Assembly (NCBI GenBank): GCA_965222435.1
Contig: OZ244950.1
Location: 4,075,983-4,139,982 of the forward strand
Direction of reading: 5' to 3'
Length of the DNA: 64,000 nt
From: Candidatus Poribacteria bacterium
GTDB taxonomy: Bacteria; Poribacteria; WGA-4E; PCPOR2b
Under the pieces are notes generated by a model that was not told where the DNA came from, did not search any database, and was given only the letters and a program-made list of their open reading frames with translations. The position numbers and the translations under genes are program-made. Shown in pieces: positions 30,421 through 39,496 of the stretch (the first letter of the stretch is position 1; every line of letters starts with the position of its first letter).

Positions 30421-31010
30421 TGGAGGTGGCGGGACACGTTAATCCCCCGGTTTCCCAGAGGCGTGGACTATATCTTCATCCAACCAAAATGATGGAGCCT
30501 AGCGTATTATAGGAGACCTAGATTTGTCGCTGACATTATCTCCTATCATTACAGTCTCTACAGGACCATACAATCCCTCGGTATTGCCATAAGATGTCTC
30601 CATCTCTTAGGTTTCACCGATGTAAGCTAGATTTAATCGAGGAGGTTGCCCTCCAAGTCGACCAAACTGATCGAACCCGCGTCCGAGAACACTTCAATAA
30701 AGGCTACTACATGCTTAGCATAAGTTTTAGTGTTTCGTCCACAGGACTCACTTATGCAGGATTCACCGCGGACTATCTCAAGTTAATTCTCGCGCCATGC
30801 CCCTTGAGAACAAGTAAGGCGCATAGCCCGTTTGTTGACGTCGGGCTAACTCGACGGGACCGCAAATTAGCCGGACGAGCCACTTTATTAAGCGGCTAGA
30901 GCCAATTCTTCATCGGCAATTAAATTGTTTCCGCCTGTTTAACGAGGCCTGCGGAGACCTCGGCATGCAACCTTTATGTCATCTACTCTCGTCGAAACCT
31001 TTTCACCCCC
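30421..31010 (-). ncRNA. ssrA: tmRNA (ssrA) gene interrupted by a group I intron in the T-loop. 5' exon 30670-31010, intron 30435-30669, 3' exon 30421-30434. The CCA end is not encoded
   Basis: Reverse strand reads 5'-GGGGGTGAAAAGGTTTCGACGAGAG…GGTTGCATGCCGAGG…GCCTCGTTAAACAGGCGGAAACAATTTAATT-GCCGATGAAGAATTGGCTCTAGCCGCTTAATAA…CTAAAACTTATGCTAAGCATGTAGTAGCC…GGACGCGGGTTCGAT. This tracks E. coli tmRNA block by block, with a tag reading frame ending …ALAA-TAA-TAA. The T-stem 3' strand, acceptor strand and discriminator (TCCCGC-CACCTCC-A, with the G3·U pair) sit 235 nt further on. Confidence 0.85.
30435..30669 (-). other. group I intron (235 nt) inserted in the tmRNA T-loop
   Basis: 5' exon ends in U, which pairs with G of the intron guide sequence GGTCGA against exon TCGAT. 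P2 hairpin GGAGG-GCAA-CCTCC. R-like element GTAGAGACTGTAA and the conserved S/P7 element AAGATATAGTCC. Intron ends in G. Joining the exons regenerates the canonical T-arm GCGGG-TTCGATT-CCCGC. Confidence 0.75.
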
Positions 31011-31040
31011 GTATGTAAGTAGGTAACTATCCCGATTTTT

Positions 31041-31487
31041 CTATTTGCTCAACAACTCAATAACCTTGGCAATGCCTAAACAAAGCACACCAAGAGTACA
31101 GAAATAAAACGTCATACCAAGTGCTGTTACAACCCCGCCAAGAGACAATTCTGCCGTTGGAGAAGAAGAGCTGGACGATACAGATTGACTGAATAAGATA
31201 AGCATAGCTATTCCTGCGATAACCCCGAAAATTACTGATAGTATACCGATTATGCGTAATGCCTTAGCTATAGGTAGACTTTTCGTGGGGCCATCATTGA
31301 TACTTTCTGCCGATTCGGAAATAGAAGCCTTAATCATAAGTTCTGCGGCTTCGTCATCAATGCTTTCCGCTGATTCGGGAACAGAATTACTTGCCCCGCA
31401 GTTTCGGCATTCGGCAGCCTCACCAACTTTCAAGAACCTAACAGCAATGTCTTCGCCACAGTTTTTACACTGAAATTTCAAAGCCAT
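31041..31487 (-). CDS. hypothetical membrane protein with N-terminal zinc ribbon
   Basis: CKNCGEDI…CRNCG Cys4 motif, acidic linker, two C-terminal TM helices, Ser-rich tract. Confidence 0.4.
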   Translation of the reverse strand: MALKFQCKNCGEDIAVRFLKVGEAAECRNCGASNSVPESAESIDDEAAELMIKASISESAESINDGPTKSLPIAKALRIIGILSVIFGVIAGIAMLILFSQSVSSSSSSPTAELSLGGVVTALGMTFYFCTLGVLCLGIAKVIELLSK

Positions 31488-31528
31488 AATTGTCCTTGCT
31501 CCTAACCTATAATCGGTATATGCAGATG

Positions 31529-31993
31529 CTACCGAAGATACGATTGGATTGCCCGTTGATCTGCTTCCCTCCGCATATCTTCGCGCTTGTCGTAATCGTG
31601 CTTACCACGCGCCACCGCAATTTCGACCTTTACCTTGCCGTTACTGAAATAAGCCTTCGTTGGAACAATCGTCATGCCGGTAGATCGAGTTTTTCCCTCG
31701 AGCTGCTTAATCTCTCGACGGTTCAACAGGAGCTTCCGTTTCCGCTTCGGCTCATGATTCTCGCGATTGCCTTGCTCGTAAGGACCGATATGGGCATCAA
31801 TCAAAAAGACCTCCCCTCCATCAACACGAGCGTAGCTATCAGTCAAATTCATCCTGCCAGTACGAATCGCCTTGACTTCCGTTCCCTGAAGCACCATCCC
31901 AGCCTCGAAACGATCCATCAAGTGATAATCGTATCGCGCTTTCTTATTTGTAGCAACTGGACCCGTGGTCGCAACAGACTTCGCATCTTTCAT
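31529..31993 (-). CDS. smpB: SsrA-binding protein SmpB
   Basis: NKKARYDYHLMDRFEAGMVLQGTEVKAIR… matches SmpB family across its length. Internal Met chosen as start. About 0.5 kb from ssrA. Confidence 0.85.
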   Translation of the reverse strand: MKDAKSVATTGPVATNKKARYDYHLMDRFEAGMVLQGTEVKAIRTGRMNLTDSYARVDGGEVFLIDAHIGPYEQGNRENHEPKRKRKLLLNRREIKQLEGKTRSTGMTIVPTKAYFSNGKVKVEIAVARGKHDYDKREDMRREADQRAIQSYLR

Positions 31994-32163
31994 AGTGCGT
32001 GAATTATAGCATAAACACAAAGGTGGCGCAAGGGCAAAAAGGCTTGATTATTCCCCGCATCCGTTGTAGAGTTATAGACAAAAGATGTGTGAAACGTGAT
32101 GCGTGAAACGTGAATGAGCTAGTGAACTAATGAACCAATGAGCCAATATAACGGGAGAAATAG

Positions 32164-32685
32164 ATGCCGAAATCCAAGGATAAAATTCAAACCGGCTGGG
32201 AGGGACGTTTCTATGAAGATTTTGAAGTCGGGGATGTCTACCGAAGCAGATTTGGACATACGGTTACGGAAACAGATAACGCACTGTTCACCCAACTTAC
32301 CCATAACACCAACCCGTTGCATTTTGACCAGCACTACGCCCGACAGACAAAGTGGGGGCAAATCCTCGTCAATAGCACCTTCACGCTGGCACTGATCACC
32401 GGCATGAGCGTTCCAGATGTCAGCGAAAATGCGATGGCAAATCTGGGCTGGGAGGAAATTAAACTGCCGAACCCAGTCTTTATAGGGGATACCCTCTATT
32501 GCGAAACGGAGATGTTATCGAAGCGCGAGTCGAATTCATATCCCGAAGCGGGTATTGTCAGGGTTTGTTCGCGGGGCGTTAATCAGAACGGGGCAGTGGT
32601 CATTGATCTCGTGCGGGCTATCATGGTCTACAAACGGAACAGTGCCCCTAAAAAAGAGCTTTTCCCTGAGATAAAGGAAAAATAG
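32164..32685 (+). CDS. MaoC-like (R)-specific enoyl-CoA hydratase / hot-dog fold dehydratase
   Basis: FYEDFEVGDVYRSRFGHTVTETDNALFTQLTHNTNPLHFD… MaoC dehydratase signature. Confidence 0.7.
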   Translation: MPKSKDKIQTGWEGRFYEDFEVGDVYRSRFGHTVTETDNALFTQLTHNTNPLHFDQHYARQTKWGQILVNSTFTLALITGMSVPDVSENAMANLGWEEIKLPNPVFIGDTLYCETEMLSKRESNSYPEAGIVRVCSRGVNQNGAVVIDLVRAIMVYKRNSAPKKELFPEIKEK

Positions 32686-33903
32686 ATGACAGCAGTGCAG
32701 AAAAACACCGATGCTCGCCCGCCTCTGGAAGGGGTGCGGATTATTTCGGTCGAGCAGTTCGGCGCGGGTCCCTGGGGAACGATGATGCTCGCAGACCTAG
32801 GGGCAGAGATTCTCAAAATTGAAAATCCCGAAACAGGCGGAGACGTGGCGCGTTATGTTCCCCCCTACACGGTTGAGAGTGATAGCGTTTATTTTCAAAG
32901 CTTCAACCGAAACAAAAAGAGCATCACCTTGAATCTGCAAAACCCCAATACAACCGAAATCTTCCACCGACTGGTCTCCATTTCGGATGGCGTTTTTAAC
33001 AACCTACGAGGCGACCTACCCGCCAAACTCGGCTTGGACTATACAACACTCGGAAAAGTAAAACCGTCAATGGTGTGCTGCTCCCTCTCCGCCTTTGGAC
33101 GTAACGGTGCCCGTGCCGCGGAACCGGGCTACGATTACCTGATGCAAGGGTACGCTGGCTGGATGAGCATAACAGGTGAACCTGACTCTCCGCCCCAGAA
33201 GACCGGGCTATCGTTGGTTGACCTGAGCGCAGGAGTGATGGCGGTACTCGGCTTGGTGAGTGCCATCCTGCGGGCGCGGGACACCGGTTTGGGCTGCGAT
33301 GTCGATGTGAGCCTATTCGACACCGCTCTGTCCCAATTGGGTTATGTGGGGGCTTGGCACCTAACGAAGGGCTATCAGCCGCAACGGATGGCAGATTCCT
33401 CACATCCGTCTCAAGTGCCGTTTCAGGTGATGCCGACAAAGGATAGCTGGATTGTCGTGGCGTGTGCAAAGCAGAATTTCTACCAAAGTCTGGTGCGGAT
33501 TTTGGGTGCACCGGAACTAGCGGACGACCCACGCTTTCGAGGCTTCGCGGATCGGTTGGAGAATCGTGAGACACTAGTGCCGATCCTGAAAGATCTGTTC
33601 CGTCGTCGGACAACCGCCGAGTGGTTGGGCCTGCTCAAAGGTAAAGTGCCGTGTGCCCCCGTAAACACAGTCGAGGAAGCATTCCGTGACCCACAGGTGG
33701 CTGAAGATGAGATGGTGCTTGAGATTCCGCATCCGGAGTTCGGCGTTGCGCGTCAAGTCGCAAGTCCGATTAAAATCAGCGATTCCAAAACTGAACATCG
33801 CCGCGGACCGAAGCTAGGTGAGCATACAGACGAAGTGCTTAGAGATTATCTCAACATGTCCCCGCAAGAGATTAAGACACTCCGTCAGAAAGGAGCACTT
33901 TAA
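32686..33903 (+). CDS. family III CoA transferase (CaiB/BaiF)
   Basis: LEGVRIISVEQFGAGPWGTMMLADLGAEILKIENPETGGD N-terminal signature. Start codon overlaps the stop of the MaoC gene, so an operon. Confidence 0.8.
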   Translation: MTAVQKNTDARPPLEGVRIISVEQFGAGPWGTMMLADLGAEILKIENPETGGDVARYVPPYTVESDSVYFQSFNRNKKSITLNLQNPNTTEIFHRLVSISDGVFNNLRGDLPAKLGLDYTTLGKVKPSMVCCSLSAFGRNGARAAEPGYDYLMQGYAGWMSITGEPDSPPQKTGLSLVDLSAGVMAVLGLVSAILRARDTGLGCDVDVSLFDTALSQLGYVGAWHLTKGYQPQRMADSSHPSQVPFQVMPTKDSWIVVACAKQNFYQSLVRILGAPELADDPRFRGFADRLENRETLVPILKDLFRRRTTAEWLGLLKGKVPCAPVNTVEEAFRDPQVAEDEMVLEIPHPEFGVARQVASPIKISDSKTEHRRGPKLGEHTDEVLRDYLNMSPQEIKTLRQKGAL

Positions 33904-34027
33904 GAATACAAGGTTCAAATCCGAAACGTGATGCATGAAAGGTGAAACGAAAATCAATCTATTCCGTATTCCTATCACGGGAGTGGCTTAGACAACTTTA
34001 ACCTAAGCATTCTTAAAAAGGAAATAT

Positions 34028-37000
34028 ATGAATAGACGATTTTTTCGTGGCATCTGGTATGCGATCATGATCGGTCTTACCGGTGGCGCACTCAGCGTAG
34101 CTGCGGCCGCCTCTCAGTCATCAGAAGGAAACGATATACACTATTGCGCTGTTATTGATAGTCAGTCGAACACACAGCATTCAGACCAATTCTCCAACCG
34201 CAATTATGCCCGATCCGCTGCGGCGAGTGTGAATTCCGGCGAACCCCGCACAGTGCGAATGATTTACTTCACTCCCAAGGGTCGTCCCTATCGTGCTGAT
34301 ATCATTCAGCAGATGAAAAATGGGATCCGCAGAATTCAGACTTTCTATGCCGAACAGATGGAGACACACGGCTACGGGCAGACAACCTTCCGCGTTGAGA
34401 CCGACTCCCAAGGCGAGCCGATAGTCCATCGTGTGGAGGGGCGACACACCAATCGCCGCTATCTTGATGAAACGGACGATACTGTGTATGCCGAGATCGG
34501 GGAAAGGTTCGACTTTTCTGCGAACGTTTATCTCATCTTTATTGATAATAGTATCAATGCAATTAATATTGGCAATAGAAATTTCGCAGGTGTCGGAGAC
34601 AGAGGCGGCAAAAATAGCGGCTATGCGTTGATTGCTGGCAGATTTAATCGGGGGTTGGTGATACATGAACTGGGACACGCCTTCGGACTGCAGCACGATT
34701 TCAGCAACAGTGCGTATATCATGTCGTATGGCAAAAGACCAAATCAGTTATCCTCATGCAGTGCCAAATTCCTGTCCACGCATTCCTATTTCAATCCCGA
34801 TACTTCAATTGCAGAAAGACGTCCACCAACCATCAAACTCATTTCATCGCGTAGATATCCGGCGGGTTCAAGGAGCACCCCGATTCACCTCGAAGTCAGC
34901 GATTCAGAAGGACTTCACCAGGTACTCCTATGCGTTACAACAAGAGGATTTCACGAGGCTGCCGGATACATGGAAGTAAAGGAATGTCGTGAATTGAGGG
35001 GCAAAAGAGATGCCGTCGTTAGATTCGACTATGATGGCGTTATTCCGTCTAATCGCTCTACAAGCCTTTCCAATCCTAGGGCGCATCCGATTCGTATCGA
35101 AGCCGTTGATATGAATGGGAATATGAGCCGAACCGATTTTATACTGTTTTCTGAAACGCTTCAGCCGCTGTCGAAAATCTCAGGAGATAACCAGCGTGGC
35201 TTACCCAATACACCGCTACCCATCCCACTTATCGTTGAAGTGCGGGAGGTGAACGACGGTTCTGCACGCAGGAAAGTTCCCGTCACTTTTACCGTCACCG
35301 CAGGCGATGGATCGCTCAGTGTGAAGCGCACTGAAACTGATAAAAATGGACGGGCACAGAGCACACTCACACTAGGACCAAATCTGGGAACAAACACCGT
35401 TGAGGTGTCTGCTGCGGGATTTACAGTCACCTTTAACGCCGTGGCGGAAGCTGCGGTACACATTCCCGATGCCAACCTTCGCACTGCGATTGAGACCGCT
35501 CTCAAGGTAGCACCGGGCGGACCGATAGCCCCGGTAGAGATAGAAACCTTGCGATCCCTTGAGGTAAGGGAGACGACGATCCGTAATTTGACCGGGTTGG
35601 AGCTAGCAACCAATCTGAGCGATTTGAGACTGGTGGAAAACGGTATAGTAGATGTGTCGGTACTTTCGGGTTTGACCAACCTGACAAGGCTAAATCTTGG
35701 GGGCAATTCGATATCGGACCTCTCACCTCTTGAGGGATTAGCAAATCTGACAGAGCTGCTTCTTGGAAACAACAACATCTCAGACATCTCACCCTTGTTA
35801 ACCAATACCGGATTGGGGAGTGGAGATACTGTTAATTTGCGGGGAAACCCCCTGAGTTATCAATCTATCCATACACATATTCCAACCCTCCAGAGCAGAG
35901 AGGTTACGGTGGAGTTTGACAACCGAACGCCTACGCCCCCTCTGAAAATTTCAGGTGATAACCAACAGGGCACCCCCGGCGCAGCACTCGATCGACCGTT
36001 TGTCGTTGAAGTGCAGGATGGAGCGAGCACCCCATTTGAGGGGGTTCCAGTCACATTCACCGTCACCGCCGGCGGTGGGACAGTCCAGCCAGAAACCACT
36101 TTGACCGATCAAAACGGCAGGGCAGAAAGTACCCTTACCCTAGGCATCGAGGCAGTTACTAACACCGTTGACGTGAGTGTTGAAGGAATTTCGGAGCGGG
36201 AGACTTTTAACACAGCTATCGAAATTGAGTTTGACCTCTCCATACCATCAAACATCAGCCTGATTCACGTCCCCCTAAAGGTGACAACCGTTGACGGTGT
36301 GGCACAAAATATCACATCTATCGCCGAACTCTACGATGCACTCGGTAGCGCGTCAAAAATCAACTTCCTCATCACCTATGACTCACAAGCTCAAGAATGG
36401 CATAGCTATTTCGGTACTGCCGACACAGGCACTTCTGCCGACAAGGCATTGACCGATGACATGGGGATTATCGCCGGTATGATAGCCTCAGCTTCTATCC
36501 GTCTGAGTGGAAATCCCCTAGGGACAAACGGAAACAGTACCATCACCTTAAACCAAGGTCTCAATCTTGTGGGGCTGCCATTGAGAGATTCAAGAATAAC
36601 CCGTGTGAACCACCTGCTTGCGCTCGACGGGATTGGGGGTAACGTCCCTGCGATTATCCTCACCGATAGCGGAGAGTTTAAGTCGGTCGGACAGGTAGAC
36701 GACCCCAGTAATATACCCATCATTGGAGGACAATCCTTTATCCTGAACGCTCAGGGGGCAGCGACGGTTGAAATTTCCGGCGAGGGATGGTATAACAACT
36801 CTGCAATCGCCACCGCACCACCCGTAGGGAATGCAGATTTGCATTCCTCAATTACACGTATCAAAGTAACCAATACCACTCCCGTCTTGGCGTTGAGAGG
36901 TTCAATCGTTGATGAAAAAGTGGGCTTAAAGATGGAAGGTTTCCGTGTAACCGTCAAGAACCTTTCAACAGGCAGAGAAATTACCACTGTTACAGGTACT

Positions 37001-37384
37001 GATGAGATAGGTTATCGAATTACCACCGTTGACATAAAAACAGGACGAGCGGCTACGATTGGGGATATCCTTGAAATCTCGGCTGAGTCTTCCGATCCGT
37101 TAATCGGTGTGCAGCCGTTGTGGTATACCATAACCGCCAAAGATGTGAAGCGGAGTCAGATTCAATTGCCGGGACTGGTCGCTTACGAGATACCAACAGA
37201 AACGGAACTGTTGTCCAACTACCCAAATCCGTTTAACCCGGAGACATGGATTCCGTATCGGTTGGCACAGGACGCTTTTGTTACCCTGACAATCTACGAC
37301 GTGAACGGTCGGATTATCCGTACCCTCGACGTGGGGCATCGGATTGCTGCGGCCTACGAAAGTCGGTCAAAGGCAATCCGCTAG
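34028..37384 (+). CDS. large secreted metzincin-type zinc metalloprotease with Ig-like (Big) domains, leucine-rich repeats and a T9SS C-terminal sorting domain. The reading frame is interrupted by an in-frame TAG at 37382-37384 inside the sorting domain and would otherwise run to 37489
   Basis: Signal peptide; HELGHAFGLQHD (HExxHxxGxxH metzincin motif); repeated SGDNQ…FTVTAG Big-like modules; LRR tract (LTNLTRLNLGGNSISDLSPLEGLANLTELLLGNNNISDISPL); C-terminus NYPNPFNPETWIPYRLAQDAFVTLTIYDVNGRIIRTLDVGH…ESRSKAIR[TAG]DGKNRLGEPVTSGIYFYALTAGDYFATRKMVILK matches the T9SS/Por secretion tail. Confidence 0.7.
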   Translation: MNRRFFRGIWYAIMIGLTGGALSVAAAASQSSEGNDIHYCAVIDSQSNTQHSDQFSNRNYARSAAASVNSGEPRTVRMIYFTPKGRPYRADIIQQMKNGIRRIQTFYAEQMETHGYGQTTFRVETDSQGEPIVHRVEGRHTNRRYLDETDDTVYAEIGERFDFSANVYLIFIDNSINAINIGNRNFAGVGDRGGKNSGYALIAGRFNRGLVIHELGHAFGLQHDFSNSAYIMSYGKRPNQLSSCSAKFLSTHSYFNPDTSIAERRPPTIKLISSRRYPAGSRSTPIHLEVSDSEGLHQVLLCVTTRGFHEAAGYMEVKECRELRGKRDAVVRFDYDGVIPSNRSTSLSNPRAHPIRIEAVDMNGNMSRTDFILFSETLQPLSKISGDNQRGLPNTPLPIPLIVEVREVNDGSARRKVPVTFTVTAGDGSLSVKRTETDKNGRAQSTLTLGPNLGTNTVEVSAAGFTVTFNAVAEAAVHIPDANLRTAIETALKVAPGGPIAPVEIETLRSLEVRETTIRNLTGLELATNLSDLRLVENGIVDVSVLSGLTNLTRLNLGGNSISDLSPLEGLANLTELLLGNNNISDISPLLTNTGLGSGDTVNLRGNPLSYQSIHTHIPTLQSREVTVEFDNRTPTPPLKISGDNQQGTPGAALDRPFVVEVQDGASTPFEGVPVTFTVTAGGGTVQPETTLTDQNGRAESTLTLGIEAVTNTVDVSVEGISERETFNTAIEIEFDLSIPSNISLIHVPLKVTTVDGVAQNITSIAELYDALGSASKINFLITYDSQAQEWHSYFGTADTGTSADKALTDDMGIIAGMIASASIRLSGNPLGTNGNSTITLNQGLNLVGLPLRDSRITRVNHLLALDGIGGNVPAIILTDSGEFKSVGQVDDPSNIPIIGGQSFILNAQGAATVEISGEGWYNNSAIATAPPVGNADLHSSITRIKVTNTTPVLALRGSIVDEKVGLKMEGFRVTVKNLSTGREITTVTGTDEIGYRITTVDIKTGRAATIGDILEISAESSDPLIGVQPLWYTITAKDVKRSQIQLPGLVAYEIPTETELLSNYPNPFNPETWIPYRLAQDAFVTLTIYDVNGRIIRTLDVGHRIAAAYESRSKAIR

Positions 37385-37948
37385 GATGGGAAAAACAGGT
37401 TGGGCGAACCCGTGACGAGCGGAATTTACTTTTACGCCCTGACTGCGGGGGATTACTTCGCCACGCGGAAGATGGTGATCCTCAAGTAGGAGGCATACTC
37501 CATAGTAGTAGGCATACTCCGTATGCCGTAACCTCCACACACCCCGTAGGTGGGGCATCTTGCCCCACTCTCCACTGACCTCACTCCCTCATCGTAGGCG
37601 GGGCCTCCCCGGTGACGGGATCCTCTCGGGCTTGCTCCGCCCACGGCACCGCCAGTCGTTTGAGCTAATTTCGTGATATTTTGAGCGTCGGAAACCTAGT
37701 TGGACAATTCATTGTCCGTCGGAATGCACAATAAGTCGTGCTACTATTATCTCAATCCATCCTTCGCTCCAGAGGAGCGATATGTCTATAGAATGCCGAC
37801 ATCTCTGATCCCCGCGCTCCAGAGGAGCGCAATGTGTATAGCAATCTCAATTCACCACAACTTAAGACCCATCGGAGTGTTAGGTATATAACAAGAGAAC
37901 TCGCATTTATCTCATCTGAACTAACATCGCAAAAATATAGGGCATATC

Positions 37949-39496
37949 ATGAACAATTTAATCCGCAAAAAGATTATTCTGTGCTTACTGGATTCGGATC
38001 CCAAGTCCGCCGATGAAATTGCCAATGAGATTGGCGAATCATTGGAAACTGTAGATAATCTACTTACAGGATTGGTATCAGAAAGCATCTGTGAAAAAGT
38101 AAGCCAAGATGAGATCAGTCAGTACGCTATCAAAAAAGATGTTGAAACTTTTGCAAAACTAGCTGAAGATTTCCTTTCAAGCCCAGAAGAGCATGTGCAG
38201 GAAACAGAACAGTTTATTAGTTCCAACTATTACCTAACCAGAATTGACTATGAATTAGTCGATCATGTTCTTAGCCGCTTTCATCTTGGTTCAGTATATG
38301 GAACTAATGAAATGAAAAACGTTCTAGGACGAATCTTGCTCGCGTCACCCTCAGCTTTGATTTCTGCCTTACATGATGACACCACATTCTTTGATGGAAT
38401 GCAGTCAAGCCGGAGTCAGTTCGATTCTTCGGACGCAACTCGTGACTGGCTGAATGGAATCCTTTATTCACAGTTCCAGATGCCACTATTGGAAAAACTT
38501 ATTGCTGATATGAAAGTTCTCACTTACGGTATTCTCTTCGCTAAACTTCAACTGCAGGCAGTAAAGATAAGCATCCAAGTCGGCTTGGCAACCCCCACCG
38601 GAATGTATGTTGAATCAATGGGAGGAAGTATTTCATGCTTAAATAGAGCAATGGAGGAATTGTCCGCTGGACAACCTGTTTCGGCTGTTAATCCGATGGC
38701 TTTTTCCTATGATGGTTTAGCATTGATGTATCTTGGGGAGTTCCAAACCGCTCTGGAAAATTTCGATAAAGCACTTGCATTAATGCAAGCCCCAATGCAA
38801 AAAGCAATTATATTGAACAACAAAGGAGTAGCTTTTCTCAGGTTCAACCAATATCAAAAAGCAATTGAATATTTTGAAGAAGGTATTGCATTTGATTCAG
38901 ATGGCAACATTCCTCAATTACATGAAAACAAACAGGTAGCTGAAGAATACTTAGCTCGTGCGACTGACACTGATAACTTAACTGAACCGACAAAAATTCG
39001 TTTTATTCATGGGCAACCTGTTCCTTTTGAGGAAACACTGTTCTACGAATTTAAGGAAATTAAGGGCGTAAATCCAATTCGTGCGATTATAAAAGATTCT
39101 AACGAATACGCTGTTGCTTTTCTCAATCGTGAAGGTGGACGTATTTTTTGGGGAGTAAGAGACAGCGATAGAACCACAATAGGTGTAATTCTTAATGAAC
39201 AACAGAGAAATGAGACACGAACTAAAGTATCTGAAAAACTGGGGGCCGTACAACCCTCAATCAGCGTTGAAGATTGGCACCTTAAATTTCATGACGTTTA
39301 TAATTTACAGGGGGAAACTGTCGAAGATTTGTGGGTTATTGAACTGGTAATCCCACCTCCACAGGAAATAGATGTTTTTTATACAGGCAGCAGTGACCTT
39401 TTCGTCAAGACTGAAGGTGGCAGACATAAATTACAAGGACAGCAAATAACAGAGTTTATACGCAGGCGTTTTCAGAATGATACAGAAACAAGCTAA
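37949..39496 (+). CDS. winged-HTH / TPR / AlbA_2 (Schlafen-like) domain protein, putative regulator or defence-associated sensor
   Basis: N-terminal wHTH (KKIILCLLDSDPKSADEIANEIGESLETVDNLLTGLV). Central TPR-like helices (…YLGEFQTALENFDKALALMQ… AIEYFEEGIAF). C-terminal AlbA_2 signature (ETLFYEFKEIKG…AVAFLNREGGRIFWGVRDSDRTTIGV…LWVIELVIPP…LFVKTEGGRH). Confidence 0.55.
   Translation: MNNLIRKKIILCLLDSDPKSADEIANEIGESLETVDNLLTGLVSESICEKVSQDEISQYAIKKDVETFAKLAEDFLSSPEEHVQETEQFISSNYYLTRIDYELVDHVLSRFHLGSVYGTNEMKNVLGRILLASPSALISALHDDTTFFDGMQSSRSQFDSSDATRDWLNGILYSQFQMPLLEKLIADMKVLTYGILFAKLQLQAVKISIQVGLATPTGMYVESMGGSISCLNRAMEELSAGQPVSAVNPMAFSYDGLALMYLGEFQTALENFDKALALMQAPMQKAIILNNKGVAFLRFNQYQKAIEYFEEGIAFDSDGNIPQLHENKQVAEEYLARATDTDNLTEPTKIRFIHGQPVPFEETLFYEFKEIKGVNPIRAIIKDSNEYAVAFLNREGGRIFWGVRDSDRTTIGVILNEQQRNETRTKVSEKLGAVQPSISVEDWHLKFHDVYNLQGETVEDLWVIELVIPPPQEIDVFYTGSSDLFVKTEGGRHKLQGQQITEFIRRRFQNDTETS

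Noticed and set aside
30594-30899. 101-aa ORF on the + strand
   Set aside because: It lies antisense within the tmRNA 5' exon and group I intron and has no RBS. It is an artefact of the structured RNA locus.
37765-37850. Possible CRISPR array (hairpin repeats with about 21-nt spacers), also at 15036-15125 and 45877-46030
   Set aside because: Repeats are only about 70-85% identical to each other. Spacers of 20-22 nt are shorter than any known CRISPR spacer. Only 2-3 units occur per locus and no cas genes are present.
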